From contig NW_027191479.1 in assembly GCF_011745625.1 (NCBI RefSeq), positions 248,001 to 312,000 of the forward strand: a stretch of DNA of 64,000 bases. The letters are read 5' to 3'. Shown here one piece after another: positions 24,656 through 35,555 of this stretch (position 1 is the stretch's first letter; each line of letters starts with the position of its first letter). This stretch comes from Cladosporium halotolerans (taxonomy: Eukaryota). Under the pieces are notes generated by a model. It did not search any database, was not told where the DNA came from, and saw only the letters and a list, made by a program, of their open reading frames with translations. The translations under genes were made by a program, and so were the position numbers.

Positions 24656-26273
24656 ATTGCCATTGCATAGGATCTAGACAGAGATTGAAAGATCGAGCTT
24701 AAGATTTGCAACTTCCGATCGAGCCACAGGTGGTTGACTCAAGTGAGCAGGTCTGCAGGGTATACTTTGGCTGTCTGCTATGAGGGTCCTAAAAAAGAGC
24801 TCCGAAGTGACTGAGAGACGACGAAGGAATCCATGTGAGGTTTTACCATGGAGATCTTGTGAACTATGGTGGCTGCAGAAATGGTGTGAACGCACGCTCC
24901 AGCGACCGTCCCATTCCCATCTGAGCGTCTAGGTCCTACACTTCGATCGAGCTACCAGGAGCTCGTCGTCGCTAGGCATCCCTTGCGACATTGTTACAGA
25001 TGACGTAGTAATAGAAACATAATTGGTTCGTCCGACCTCGTCCGACAGGTGATGGAGGTGGCGCTGGAAATACCACGTCCGTCCAAGCGCCGGCAACCGG
25101 GCTGAAGGTACAGTGTTACTCATCAGCGCCTTGCGCGACGTATTGGCTCGAAGTGAGGGGTGCAACGACGCCCTGGGCTAGAAAAGGAATGCCGGACGGA
25201 AGGGCTGGGGTGTAGGTACTGTAGCATCCGGGCCGCTCGCTGGCTGACCGGAGTACATGACACTTGGTAGCTGAAATCCTGAACGTAATTCTGTGATGTG
25301 AGTGTAATCGTAGTCATCGCATAGCTGCGGCACAGTGAGCACGGGCGTGAATGGAGTGGATATTTCCCCAGTTCTTGGGTGGAGTAGTGGTCCTGGCGCG
25401 CAAGGCTGGTGAAGAGAGCACGCGACTCGGGCGATGTGGAGGAGAGAAGAAGGCTCGCTTGCTCCGTCCGGCGCGTGTGGATGTACCCTTGTACTTTGTT
25501 TAGGCATGTACAGCGCATGTCGGCAAGGCGAGTCGCAGCGGGGAAAGCAGGGCTAGTCAGACAAGCTTCTGCATGGGCAAGATCCGGCGCAAGGCGTGCA
25601 GGCTGCGAAGAGGGCGTGTGCCTCCTCGCCGGCGGAGGAAGCGCTTGGCCGCATATACCATCCAGTTCGGGAGTAGGAGGCCTTCTAGCCGGCTTCTAGC
25701 GCCTCGTCGGGCAGAAATAGCCGGAGTCCTGAGGAATTTACAGCGAGTAGCGCGTTGCTGTGCGTCCGGGGCAACGGCGTCCGGCAGTCGCGGCCCCGCT
25801 TATTGCCGCCAACCCGGCCAGAGCGCGCCCTGCCACGCCTGGAAGGCTCGAAGGCTCTCGTCAGCGCCGCCCGCAGCCCGCGCGCAAACCTGAGGTGTGC
25901 GACGCCTGCTCGCCTTTTATCCGTCGCACTTCCCCTCCCTCGCCCGCGCAAACACATCCACAACACTCACACATATCAGCGCCAGTCCGGCCCACGCTCA
26001 CTCACCTCCTCTTCACACACCGACATCCTCACCGTCGACACCCACACCCCGTCACGTGCGTCTCTGGCCCTCCGCCCTTGCCTTCTCCACCATCTCCGCA
26101 CTGCCGCCCACACGCACGCGACCGCACACCACACGACCACCCACACCGACTTATGCGCCTGGCGAATTAGCACCCGCCGCCACCGTCTCGCTCTCATAAC
26201 CTCTTCGCGACACGACATCAATCAAAAAATACCACTACAACCTCTCCAAAACACACTCCACCCCACCGTCGCA

Positions 26274-26760
26274 ATGTTCCCCGTCGAATCTCTCCACCCG
26301 CAGTACGTCGAAGAGCAGGGCGCCGTCTACGCCGCCAGACACCAGCGCGCCCTTGAGCAGGCCGCCGCTCAGGCTGCCGCTCAGTCCGCCGCCACCTCCT
26401 GCACATCTTCTCCCGCCCTCACGCCTTCGGCCAGCGCGCCCCAGCCTACCAACAAGGCGCCGCAGGGCCCATGCCCCAAGACTCTCACCACCGCCCTCCT
26501 CAACCGCCAGCAGACCACTCGTCCCTCTGGTGGCTTCTTCGGTAACATCATTCAGGGCTTCTCCAGAGCCAACTCCGGCACTGTCACCCCGTCTTTGACC
26601 CGCATGCCCACGCCTGCTAGGGAGAAGTCTCAGGCTGAGATCGATGCTTTGATTGCTGAGCAGAAGAGGGATGCCGATATTGTAAGTTGCACCTGCAATG
26701 TGACATTCGTAGAAGGTGCGCATACTGACCGTTATCTAGTGCGCCATGCCTTCCTGGTAA
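26274..26760 (+). CDS. Small hypothetical protein (142 aa); exons 26274-26681 and 26740-26760
   Basis: ATG after an A/C-rich leader, biased codon usage, canonical GTAAGT...CTGAC...TAG intron in phase 0 giving the C-terminus CAMPSW*. Confidence 0.6.
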
Positions 26761-27433
26761 ACAGCATACCCAACACCAAACACCTTGGCAGCCGAATTTT
26801 CTTTGCTTTTGACGACGACTCTATGATTTCCCACAATGGCACTCCACAAGCGCGGCGTCGTTTTGAGTCTCCTGCATCAACATGGCTTTTAGCGAGCACG
26901 GAGTCTGGAGGCTTTACTTATACCCATGGTGTGTGATACTCGGTATGGTTTTGCTTTTTGCTTTGCTTTGCTTTGCTCTGGGCGGTATGCGAGCAGCGGA
27001 TTATTTGCTTTTCACGGCGTTCAAGTTTCTTTGGTTTCGGGATCCAGGCACGATGGGCACTACTAGCGGAAGCGCGCGCATGAATCGATCGACAGTACCC
27101 AGATCAAGAGCTACACAGCCTCTTACCACTCTAATTAGGTAGTGCGATTATGAATAAATGTTCATCAGTATCTTTTCGTCCTTACTCGAACCCATATGAC
27201 GAAGTCACAGCCCTCGACGTGTCTGAAGCAAGGAGGAACCAACGAGCATTCCGTCCCCTCGCCATGACGCAACTGCACTACCGTGGCACCGCCCTGAAGA
27301 AACACCAGACTGCACCTCTGCCTCTCAGTCTCGCACACGCGTGCATTCACTCCAGCCTATCAAGCAATACCATCGCTCCACAACCACCGGCGTCACCACC
27401 CTCAACCACCAAAGGTCACATCACAAACAATAT

Positions 27434-27444
27434 AACAACAACAG

Positions 27445-27473
<29 letters not shown>
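27434..27473 (+). repeat. (AAC)n microsatellite directly upstream of an ATG
   Basis: About 13 AAC units with one AGC interruption. Confidence 0.9.
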
Positions 27474-27476
<3 letters not shown>

Positions 27477-27845
27477 TCCACCAACCCCACCCCAACAACA
27501 AAATCACCAACGACAACCCGCTCCCCTCGAAGCCCAAAGTCCCCACAAACGAAATCCCTTTTCGCGCCGAGGACCCCTTCGAGCAAAGACGACAATTGGT
27601 TTCCGGGCTCGAATCCCCCGCCGCGGCCGCCGCATAGGGTTGGCACTCCGGACGGCGGGAGGGTGGATGGGGGTTTGGGTGGAGCTGGGAGTGGCAAGGG
27701 AAAGGTGCTGGAAGGGACGGCTATGGGGTCGGAGAGGGAAGGAGCAGATGGGAGAGGAAGAGGAGAGGGGTTCTTGGGGAGGGTTTTGATGGTGTGGAGG
27801 AGGGGTTGGGGGCGGGTTTGGGGAAGTGGGAAGAGAGGGGCGTGA
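27474..27845 (+). CDS. Possible small low-complexity hypothetical protein (123 aa)
   Basis: ACAATG start context. P/T/S-rich N-half and Gly-rich C-half, with the same C-rich to G-rich switch seen in real genes of this window. Confidence 0.4.
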
Positions 27846-28614
27846 GATAATTTCGAGAAGCTGGGACTGAGAGGACAGAGGGAACTTTCGTCGGCGCTCG
27901 GCTGGGTGGGTAGGAGGGGGCGGTCTGTCCTGGTGCGACTGTGGCGGCGTGGGTGAATGGAGGGTACAAGACGCTGGGGAAGTGTACTTGGGTGGTGCAT
28001 TGCTGGATTTGGTGATTGCGGTAGACATCGCTGGAAGCTTCCCTTAGTGTGGGTGATAAGGATCCCGTTCCATGATCGAATGGAAACCAAGATCAGATGA
28101 GGCGCAGATAATATGTGTGAGCTGCTACTAGGGTTGACTTCAGTCTGGTAAGGCTATTCCTCTCAGGTCTATGCATATTCTATCTGGCGCGGTGGTGATG
28201 AAGCCAAATTTGCAGGTGAGTGACAGTCGAATGGTGATAAATATGGTTGCTTAGCGTGAAGTCAAAGACCATGGCTTTCTTCGTTGCGAATCGACGTTTC
28301 AAAATACCGGTCAATTCCAGTATTAACTACAGAAATGGGCAGCACGTTCTTGCCTTTTCCTCGAATCTGAACATGCAACGAGAAGGAGAGCAACCAGGCA
28401 TCCATGCAGGCGCCCACCTGCTCTTATTATTAGAGTGTCTTTCTGACGAAGTGCATCTGGTCACGTCACTGCTTGACCAGCTCCCTGCGACGAGAAACAA
28501 CATTCGGCATCAGCATCATGCTGACACTCACAGCTCTGGACTCCCCACTCGGCTCGAGATCGTGTCCCTTAGTCAATCTCGAGCGGTTATTTCCGGCTTC
28601 CTTAGACCGTCGAA

Positions 28615-31600
28615 ATGGCGAACGCATCTGGATCCAGCAGGCTGTACCAGCAAATCCGCATGAGCGGTAACTCGAGGGCACACTTAGGCGACACTTACCA
28701 CTATGGCCCATCGGAGGATCAACACATACTTGAGTCAATACTCGAGACCCTCTATTACCCAGAGATGAAGATTAGAAGTCGCAATGTATCCGATGCGAGC
28801 ACGGACACTTTTGAGTGGATATATGAGGAAGGCACTCTCCGACGACACGATGAGAAGGGCAATCAAAAATACTCAGGGCGATGGGAGAGCGCATATGAAG
28901 AGGATCAAGTGGCTCGGAGTGGTTTCGCAACAAACTTCCGCAATTGGCTGGAGGCCGCAGATGACAGAGTGTTCTGGATCACTGGCAAACCTGGCTCGGG
29001 TAAATCGACGCTGATGAAGTTCTTAAGAGACCACGAATCAACAGACGCTAGCCTCCGCAAGTGGACTGATGGACATAGACTCCTCGTCGCTGACCATTTT
29101 TTCTGGTTGCCTGGTGATACCTTGCAGAATTCCGTGGAAGGTCTTTTGAGGGCACTTTTGCACGATGTATTGAAGTGTCTCTCCACGGATCTGTCGTCCG
29201 CTAGAACCATATGCGGCCCTAAGCGCTGGAGTCTGGAGGGAAGCCGACGTTCCTGGTCGCTCCGTGAGCTCAAGGCAATGATCATGAGGATCCGCTCAGC
29301 GACTGACTTACGCGTGTTCTTTTTCATCGACGTTCTTGATGAGTGTTCCCCAAAACATTCGCACGGCCAGCTCATTGATCTTCTGCTAGACTGTTCAAAG
29401 CTGCCAAACTCGAAGCTTTGCATCTCAAGTCGGTCTTGGGAAGACCTCAAGGTTAGACTGAACGATTGCTTGTCGATCGAGCTAGACACGCTCACGCGTC
29501 TCGATATGCTAATTCATGCGGACGATCGGTTGGTGAGGGCCACATTTGGGCAAACAATGGATCCCAGCGCACAATTCGAGATTGAAGAACTCGTCAAAGC
29601 TCTGACAGACCGTGCTTACGGCGTCTTCCTGTGGGTCGAGCTCATGCTTCGTGAAATGGAGGTAGAGATCAGGAAGCGAAGAGGTCTGCAAAACTTGCGA
29701 AACATCTTGGAAGATTTCCCTTTGGGACTCGACGAATACTTTGCCAAATTTGTCTACGAGCGTATCTCGAAAGCGAGCGGCAACATCTCAGACACTGCCA
29801 GCGTTCTTAAGCTTGCTTCGTTGCTACATGAAGCGAAAGGTAGCATGCGGACAGCATCTTTCATTCCTTTCTGGCTTCTTAGCAATGGCGCCTACTGCTC
29901 GTCGACAAACTACCCGACTTCTGAGACCGCGAAACTGAGTGAAGGTGATGTCGAAACAATGCTCAGTCAAACTCGAGCATTCCTTCACGAAAGCTGCAAC
30001 GACTTGCTGGTACTATCGAATAACAGAAACTTTTCTCGTCCAGGTACGGCTACGTACATGGCCCTTCGTTGTGATGTCGATTTCTTACACCGAACAGTTT
30101 ATGACTACATTATGGCCCTACCGGAGAAGATCTTGCTCGACGAAAAATGTCCCACTCGATTCAAAAACACAAATACTTTGTTCCCAGATCGTCAGCAACG
30201 TCTTATATGTATGAACTTCTTGGCCAGGACAACGGCTGTTTCAGTGGGACCAATGCTTTTTTCTGGGCCATCGCGATGCGAGATTACGTCGAGATTGAAC
30301 ATCGCTTCCAATACCAAGAAGCATGCGAAAGTTTCGCATTGAAGCACCTGTCGTGTCCAAGATCATGCTTGGGCTTACACACCGCGTTTCAACCCATGTT
30401 TCATATGATGTGGGATTTTTCACGATCTTCCCGGTTCATGCGAGTAACAGTCCAAGAATGGCCTCATACCGGTATCTGTGATTTACAGCCGATCCCAGAT
30501 CACAACTTCAAGGGTTTCATGCCAATCAATTGTCTGAAGCGCGGTAACCTTTGTGGAGACTGTGCGCAGTACTTCCAGGGCTGTCTCTGCTTTGGACTTG
30601 CGCCATTGCAGTGGTTGGAGTCAGCTTCGGAGCAACATTTAGAGCCTACTGTCATCGATGTCTCCATATGGACCCAGGGGAGCCCAGACGCGATGACTCG
30701 CGAGTCGATACCTTTTGACACTCATGTTAGATGGTCCCACGTTCCTCAGAGACTTCGGGTGTCCCGTGATTGCAAAGAGTTAGAGGGCCGACTTTTGAAT
30801 TGCGAGATCTGCGATACTAAGATGGTCAGTTCAAGGTATTGCGACCTGAAAAATATATTCTTGACGACGGAATACACTTCATACAACGCCCACAAGCTCA
30901 ACCACATGCGAAACTGCGAGGCACTGCATATTTCGCTGGACAAAGACCCCAATACACGAAACATCTTGCTTGCATCAATGTCATTCGATCTACCGACATC
31001 AAAGGATATTATAGTAAAGAGCGTGGGAGTCTCGTCCACGATTCCGTCTTTCTCGGCATTCGTTTGGCGGAGACAGAAATTGAAGGCTGTCAAGTCCTTG
31101 CTCACGTCGTTGAAGAAGCAGTTTCACGCACTGTCGTCTTAGGATTTGAATATGGCGTGCAGTATGATCGTATGAAAAGTTTGATCAATGAATGGGTGTG
31201 GTTTCTGTGTTCGTTTGCTCCAAATCTTGACGACTTCCAGCAGTGCCGGTGCGACGGACGCTGCAAACGATGCGACTTTCTACCAGAAAAGGAAGGTAAA
31301 CTTATCATCTGCCTGGCATGCGACGAGTTCTCCCAGATCTGCGAGGGGTGCTTTGGCCATTCGGTGTCTGCGCACGGATGCGACGATGGACATCCGAGAA
31401 TCAGCATCCGTTACAGACCCGACCGAACAGACGAGGAATGCAAGTTACTAGATAGTCTCAACGTGATGCCTGCCATGATGGCTTTGATTGACTGGTATGT
31501 GGAGACTGCACCGCAGTATGGACTTGACTACACGATCCCTTCGCATGTAGAGGCAACACGGGGAGAATTGGGGCGCCTCTCAGAAGAGTTCATCGCAAGG

Positions 31601-31615
31601 TTCGCTTCAATGTAG
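28615..31615 (+). pseudogene. NLR-like NACHT gene (HRAM-like N-terminus - NACHT - C-terminal ZZ-like Zn finger) split over three frames
   Basis: Walker A (FWITGKPGSGKSTLMKFL), Walker B (FFIDVLDEC), AYGVFLWV, VDFLHRTVYDY. Coding-like sequence continues in ORFs 30147-31142 and 30839-31615; I found no convincing introns to join them. Confidence 0.7.
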
Positions 31616-32245
31616 CAAATTTGGTTGAGATCGAGATCCACTGCAGATAATGTAATTTACGAAGGCATTTCTGTAGTTGTCTGTCAGAGGCTTCTGCATT
31701 CACGACGAGAGTCCCTTCGTGATCATCCGTAGGTGCAGATATTGATAGACTACGCAGAGAACCACGCTGAAGTTTTCGCTTCTGTTTTCATTTCACGCGA
31801 ATCGATAGAGAAACCAGCAGCGGGTATAGCGGCCGTCAAGCGTGCTTTACATCACTGCTCGCGTTTAGCAGCCTAAGGCTCTCTATTTTAACATTGTTCA
31901 CCCGTGTGCAGTGTGATGTGAGCTGGCCGGCTGTTCTCGCGGCGAATTCTCGGCAAAACGATCCAACCTCCGAGGGTCGAGCTTCATTGCTCGCGACAGC
32001 CATTCACATGCCGCCGACCGCGCGACACAGACAACACCTTTCGATTCACATCCGCAGTACTTGCTGCTTTGCGCGCGACTTGGAACAGACCGTATCCCCG
32101 CGCTCAAACCCTGGTTCCTTCACTGGACCCAAACGAAGCCTTCACTCGCGCAGCGGCGTCTACTGCAACCACGCGACTTCCTCGAACCTACTAGGGTACA
32201 CGACAATCACACACCAGCGGCCGCGTGCCGCTCGCAATAGCGACC

Positions 32246-33607
32246 ATGTCTGTGTGGAACCAAGAAAACATCGTTGACGTTGCGGAGTCTGTCGGGATCG
32301 TCAGCCTTAACAAGGACGTTCAAGAACATCTAGCGCGCGACGTAGAATACCGCCTGAGCCAAGTGCTGGAAGAGTCGTTGAAGTTCATGCGCCATGGAAA
32401 GCGGACAACCCTCACGACTCAAGACATCTCACAAGCGCTGCGACTGCTGGACGTAGAGCCTCTGTACGGCTATGAGAGCACCCGACCGCTCAAGTTCGGC
32501 GAGGCTAGCATAGGCCCTGGCCAGCCGCTGTTCTACGTCGAGGATGAAGAGGTGGATTTTGAGAAGCTCATCAATGCGCCTCTACCTAAGATTCCGCGCG
32601 AGATGAGCTTCACCGCGCATTGGCTGGCAGTTGAGGGTGTGCAGCCCAGCATCCCTCAGAACCCTACACAAGCCGACCAGCGCAACCAGGAGCTACTTCC
32701 CAAGGGCCCTGGCGGCGGCGGCAACCAGACTCTCGCTGCAGCCAGCGGCGCCGACAACGTCGCGGTCAAACCACTCGTGAAGCACGTCCTCTCGCGCGAA
32801 CTGCAGATCTACTTCGACCGCATCTGCGCCGCCATCATGTCCGACAGCAACGACGAATACCGTTCGACCGCCTTCCAGTCCCTACGGACGGACCCAGGCA
32901 TCCACCAACTGGTCCCCTACTTCGTTCAATTCGTCGCCGACAAAGTCACCCACGGCCTCAAATCCCTCCCGACCCTAACCCAATCCCTCTCCCTTATCGC
33001 CGCCCTTATCGACAACCCCTCCCTCTACCTAGCACCCTACATCCCCGCCCTCGTCCCTTCAGTCCTCACCTGCCTCATTGGCAAACACCTCGGCACGCCC
33101 TCCGCTGACGGCGGCCCAACGACGCACTTCGCCCTCCGCGACTACGCCGCCTCCCTCCTCTCTTCCATCGCCCGCAAACACGGCGCGACCTCCTCGACCC
33201 TTAAGCCCCGCATCGCCCGCTCCTGCCTCAAGCACTTCCTCGACGCCCACAAGCCTTTCGGCACGCATTACGGCGCCGTCCTCGGGCTCACGCTCATCGC
33301 GGACGCGGACGGCGTGCGCGCGCTGATCCTGCCGAATCTGAAGGCGTACGATGCCGTGCTGGCTGAGGGCTTGCGGGACGACAACCGTCGCGAGCAGGCG
33401 GAGTTCGTGGTCAAGGCACTGATGAGGGCGCTGGAGGTGCTGGCGAGGGAGCCGAGGGCGGGTGGGAGGCAGAATGGGTTTCCTGAGGGAGAGGCGTTGA
33501 AGGAGAGGTTGGGAGAGGTTGTGGGTGAGGCGCTCGCGGAGAAGATTGTGGGTGAGGAGAGGGAGGGCGTTGTTGCTGCTGTGTTAGATGGGGAGACGGG
33601 GGTATGA
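32246..33607 (+). CDS. TAF6: TFIID/SAGA subunit Taf6
   Basis: Histone-fold (DVEYRLSQVLEESLKFMRHGKR), HWLAVEGVQPSIPQNP, VKHVLSRELQIYF, LRTDPGIHQLVPYF. Confidence 0.95.
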   Translation: MSVWNQENIVDVAESVGIVSLNKDVQEHLARDVEYRLSQVLEESLKFMRHGKRTTLTTQDISQALRLLDVEPLYGYESTRPLKFGEASIGPGQPLFYVEDEEVDFEKLINAPLPKIPREMSFTAHWLAVEGVQPSIPQNPTQADQRNQELLPKGPGGGGNQTLAAASGADNVAVKPLVKHVLSRELQIYFDRICAAIMSDSNDEYRSTAFQSLRTDPGIHQLVPYFVQFVADKVTHGLKSLPTLTQSLSLIAALIDNPSLYLAPYIPALVPSVLTCLIGKHLGTPSADGGPTTHFALRDYAASLLSSIARKHGATSSTLKPRIARSCLKHFLDAHKPFGTHYGAVLGLTLIADADGVRALILPNLKAYDAVLAEGLRDDNRREQAEFVVKALMRALEVLAREPRAGGRQNGFPEGEALKERLGEVVGEALAEKIVGEEREGVVAAVLDGETGV

Positions 33608-34552
33608 GAGAGAAGGGAAGGTGTGTTTAATGTCCGCTCGCCGGCACGAGGGCAAGCGGGTGAAAAGGATTTGATACCATTAGCGAGGCGTTCCGGTGAG
33701 GGACTGGGAGACTTGGGGTTATGTTGTTAGACTGGAGACAAAGTCGGGTCTAGGATTCACTGTACTTCATCACTATTGTAAAAGTGCGATATTTTGTCAA
33801 GAACCAACTCTATGAGGATGAGTCTCTCCAGAAAAGAGGCAAGATTTCCACGGCCCAATTCGCATCTCCAGCCGCCCATCGATGGTTAGAATAGGTTTTT
33901 TTGGGTTGGGATCATTATTTCCAAACTGCGAAGAGATTTCACATACGACCATAGGTCAATGAGAATTGGGCATCCCGTCCGCTCTGCCATACACAAGCAC
34001 TGAACCGGGCGACTAGTACTAGAGTGGGTGACCATCTGGGAATCCCGCCTGTTGTATGTTTTTGCCGTTTTTGCTGACATTTTGCTTGGGTTGCTGAGGT
34101 ATTTCGTCTTGAGTCGCTGATTTTCAGACAGCTCACTCGACACGGTGGGTGCCCAATGTTCATGATGAACGTTACAGAACGACGAGCTAACAGAGACGAG
34201 ACTACACATGAGATTCTTACATCAATTCAAGAAGGACAACAATGACTATAGAGAGCTGCGATGTGCAGTGTTTAGCATGTGACATGTTATCCGCGCTGGC
34301 AGCGCTGGCAGCCGTGTTCTAAGCTCGTTGCCACTGGCGTGCGCAAACAAACTCCGCAAACACACATGGACAATAAGCGCGGAAGAGTGAGGCACATTGT
34401 TGTAGATCATAATATTCATACGTCCTGCTTCAGACGACAAGATTATGTATCCACGATTCCCGTTTCAATCGTAGACGACCAGGCCACACTAGGCGAGCCC
34501 AGAGCATCGTTATATTTTCATGTCTTTATAGACGGACAGTAAGCTGTTGCAT

Positions 34553-35206
34553 CTATTTCTCGTAGACCCAGTCGTGCTGGGACTGCTTCCAGCTCTGGAG
34601 CTCCTCAGGCTTGAACCAGAGGGCGATCTCCTTCTGGGCGGACTCGACGGCGTCAGAGCCGTGGCAGACGTTGCGGCCGACATCCTGTGGGAAGATTTTG
34701 GTCAGCTGTTGTAGCTTGGAAGGGTGGGTAAGAACAATCTTACAATGGCGAAGTCACCACGGATGGTACCGGGCTGGGAAGCGAGGGGGTTGGTGGCACC
34801 GAGGAGGGTGCGGCCGGTCTTGACGGCGTCACGGCCCTCCCAGACCATGGCGCAGATAGGGCCGGAGGCCATGTAGGCAACGAGACCAGGGAAGAAGGGC
34901 TTGCCGGCGAGGTCGGCGTAGTGGGTCTCGAGGTGCTCCTTGGAGGCGGTGACGAGCTTGATGGCGGCAAGCTTGAAGCCACGCTGCTCGAAGCGCTGGA
35001 TGATGGGGCCGATCAGGCCGCGCTGGAGGAGACCGTGTCAGAGGGTATGTTTCAGTGCGGTGGTGTTTGTTGAGGTTGGCGGTGAGGGGGATTTACCTGG
35101 ACACCGTCCGGCTTGATGGCGATGAAGCTGGAGGGATTGTTAGCCAATGGTCGCGAATCCGGTGTGAGGTGGCTGTATAGACTTACGTCTGCTCGTTGGA
35201 AGACAT
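34553..35206 (-). CDS. NDK1: Nucleoside diphosphate kinase; exons 35206-35187, 35127-35097, 35022-34744, 34684-34553
   Basis: Spliced [29 protein letters not shown]...[20 protein letters not shown] (catalytic His)...WVYEK*. Confidence 0.96.
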
Positions 35207-35555
35207 TGTGACTGTTGTTGATCTGGTGGTGGATGGAGGAGGAAACAGGCGGTGGTATGAGTTGGCTGGCGAGAGATAAAAAGTGTCGGGAGGGGCAGAC
35301 GCGGGCTGTGGGGAACGGCGTGTGGGCTGCCATTGGCCGCGGCAGCTCAGGGACCGGGGGCCAGATGCAAGCTGGAGCTCGCCCTGAGGCTGAAGCTCGT
35401 GTGGCCTGAGGCAGGTAGAAACGATCAGATTAGAACTCTCGGCGTTTGAGCCTCCCCGATCGGGCCACCTGGTTACGTCGTGTTTGGATGTAGGAGCGAC
35501 GACCGCATTGGTACATCTGGCTGGCACTCACACCAGCCAACAACCTTGTTCGAAC

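Noticed and set aside
25755..26273. His/Thr-rich N-terminal extension of the 393-aa ORF
   Set aside because: Non-ATG start and translation of a C/A-rich leader; the likely start is ATG 26274.
27846..28614. Possible HeLo/PFD effector gene next to NLR2 (also checked the other NLR flanks)
   Set aside because: No ORF with HeLo-like helices or tandem HRAM repeats seen.
31089..31142. Possible intron removing the NLR2 stop at 31140-31142
   Set aside because: Weak donor (GTCAAG), and splicing would hit another stop within ~11 codons rather than reach the Zn-finger frame.
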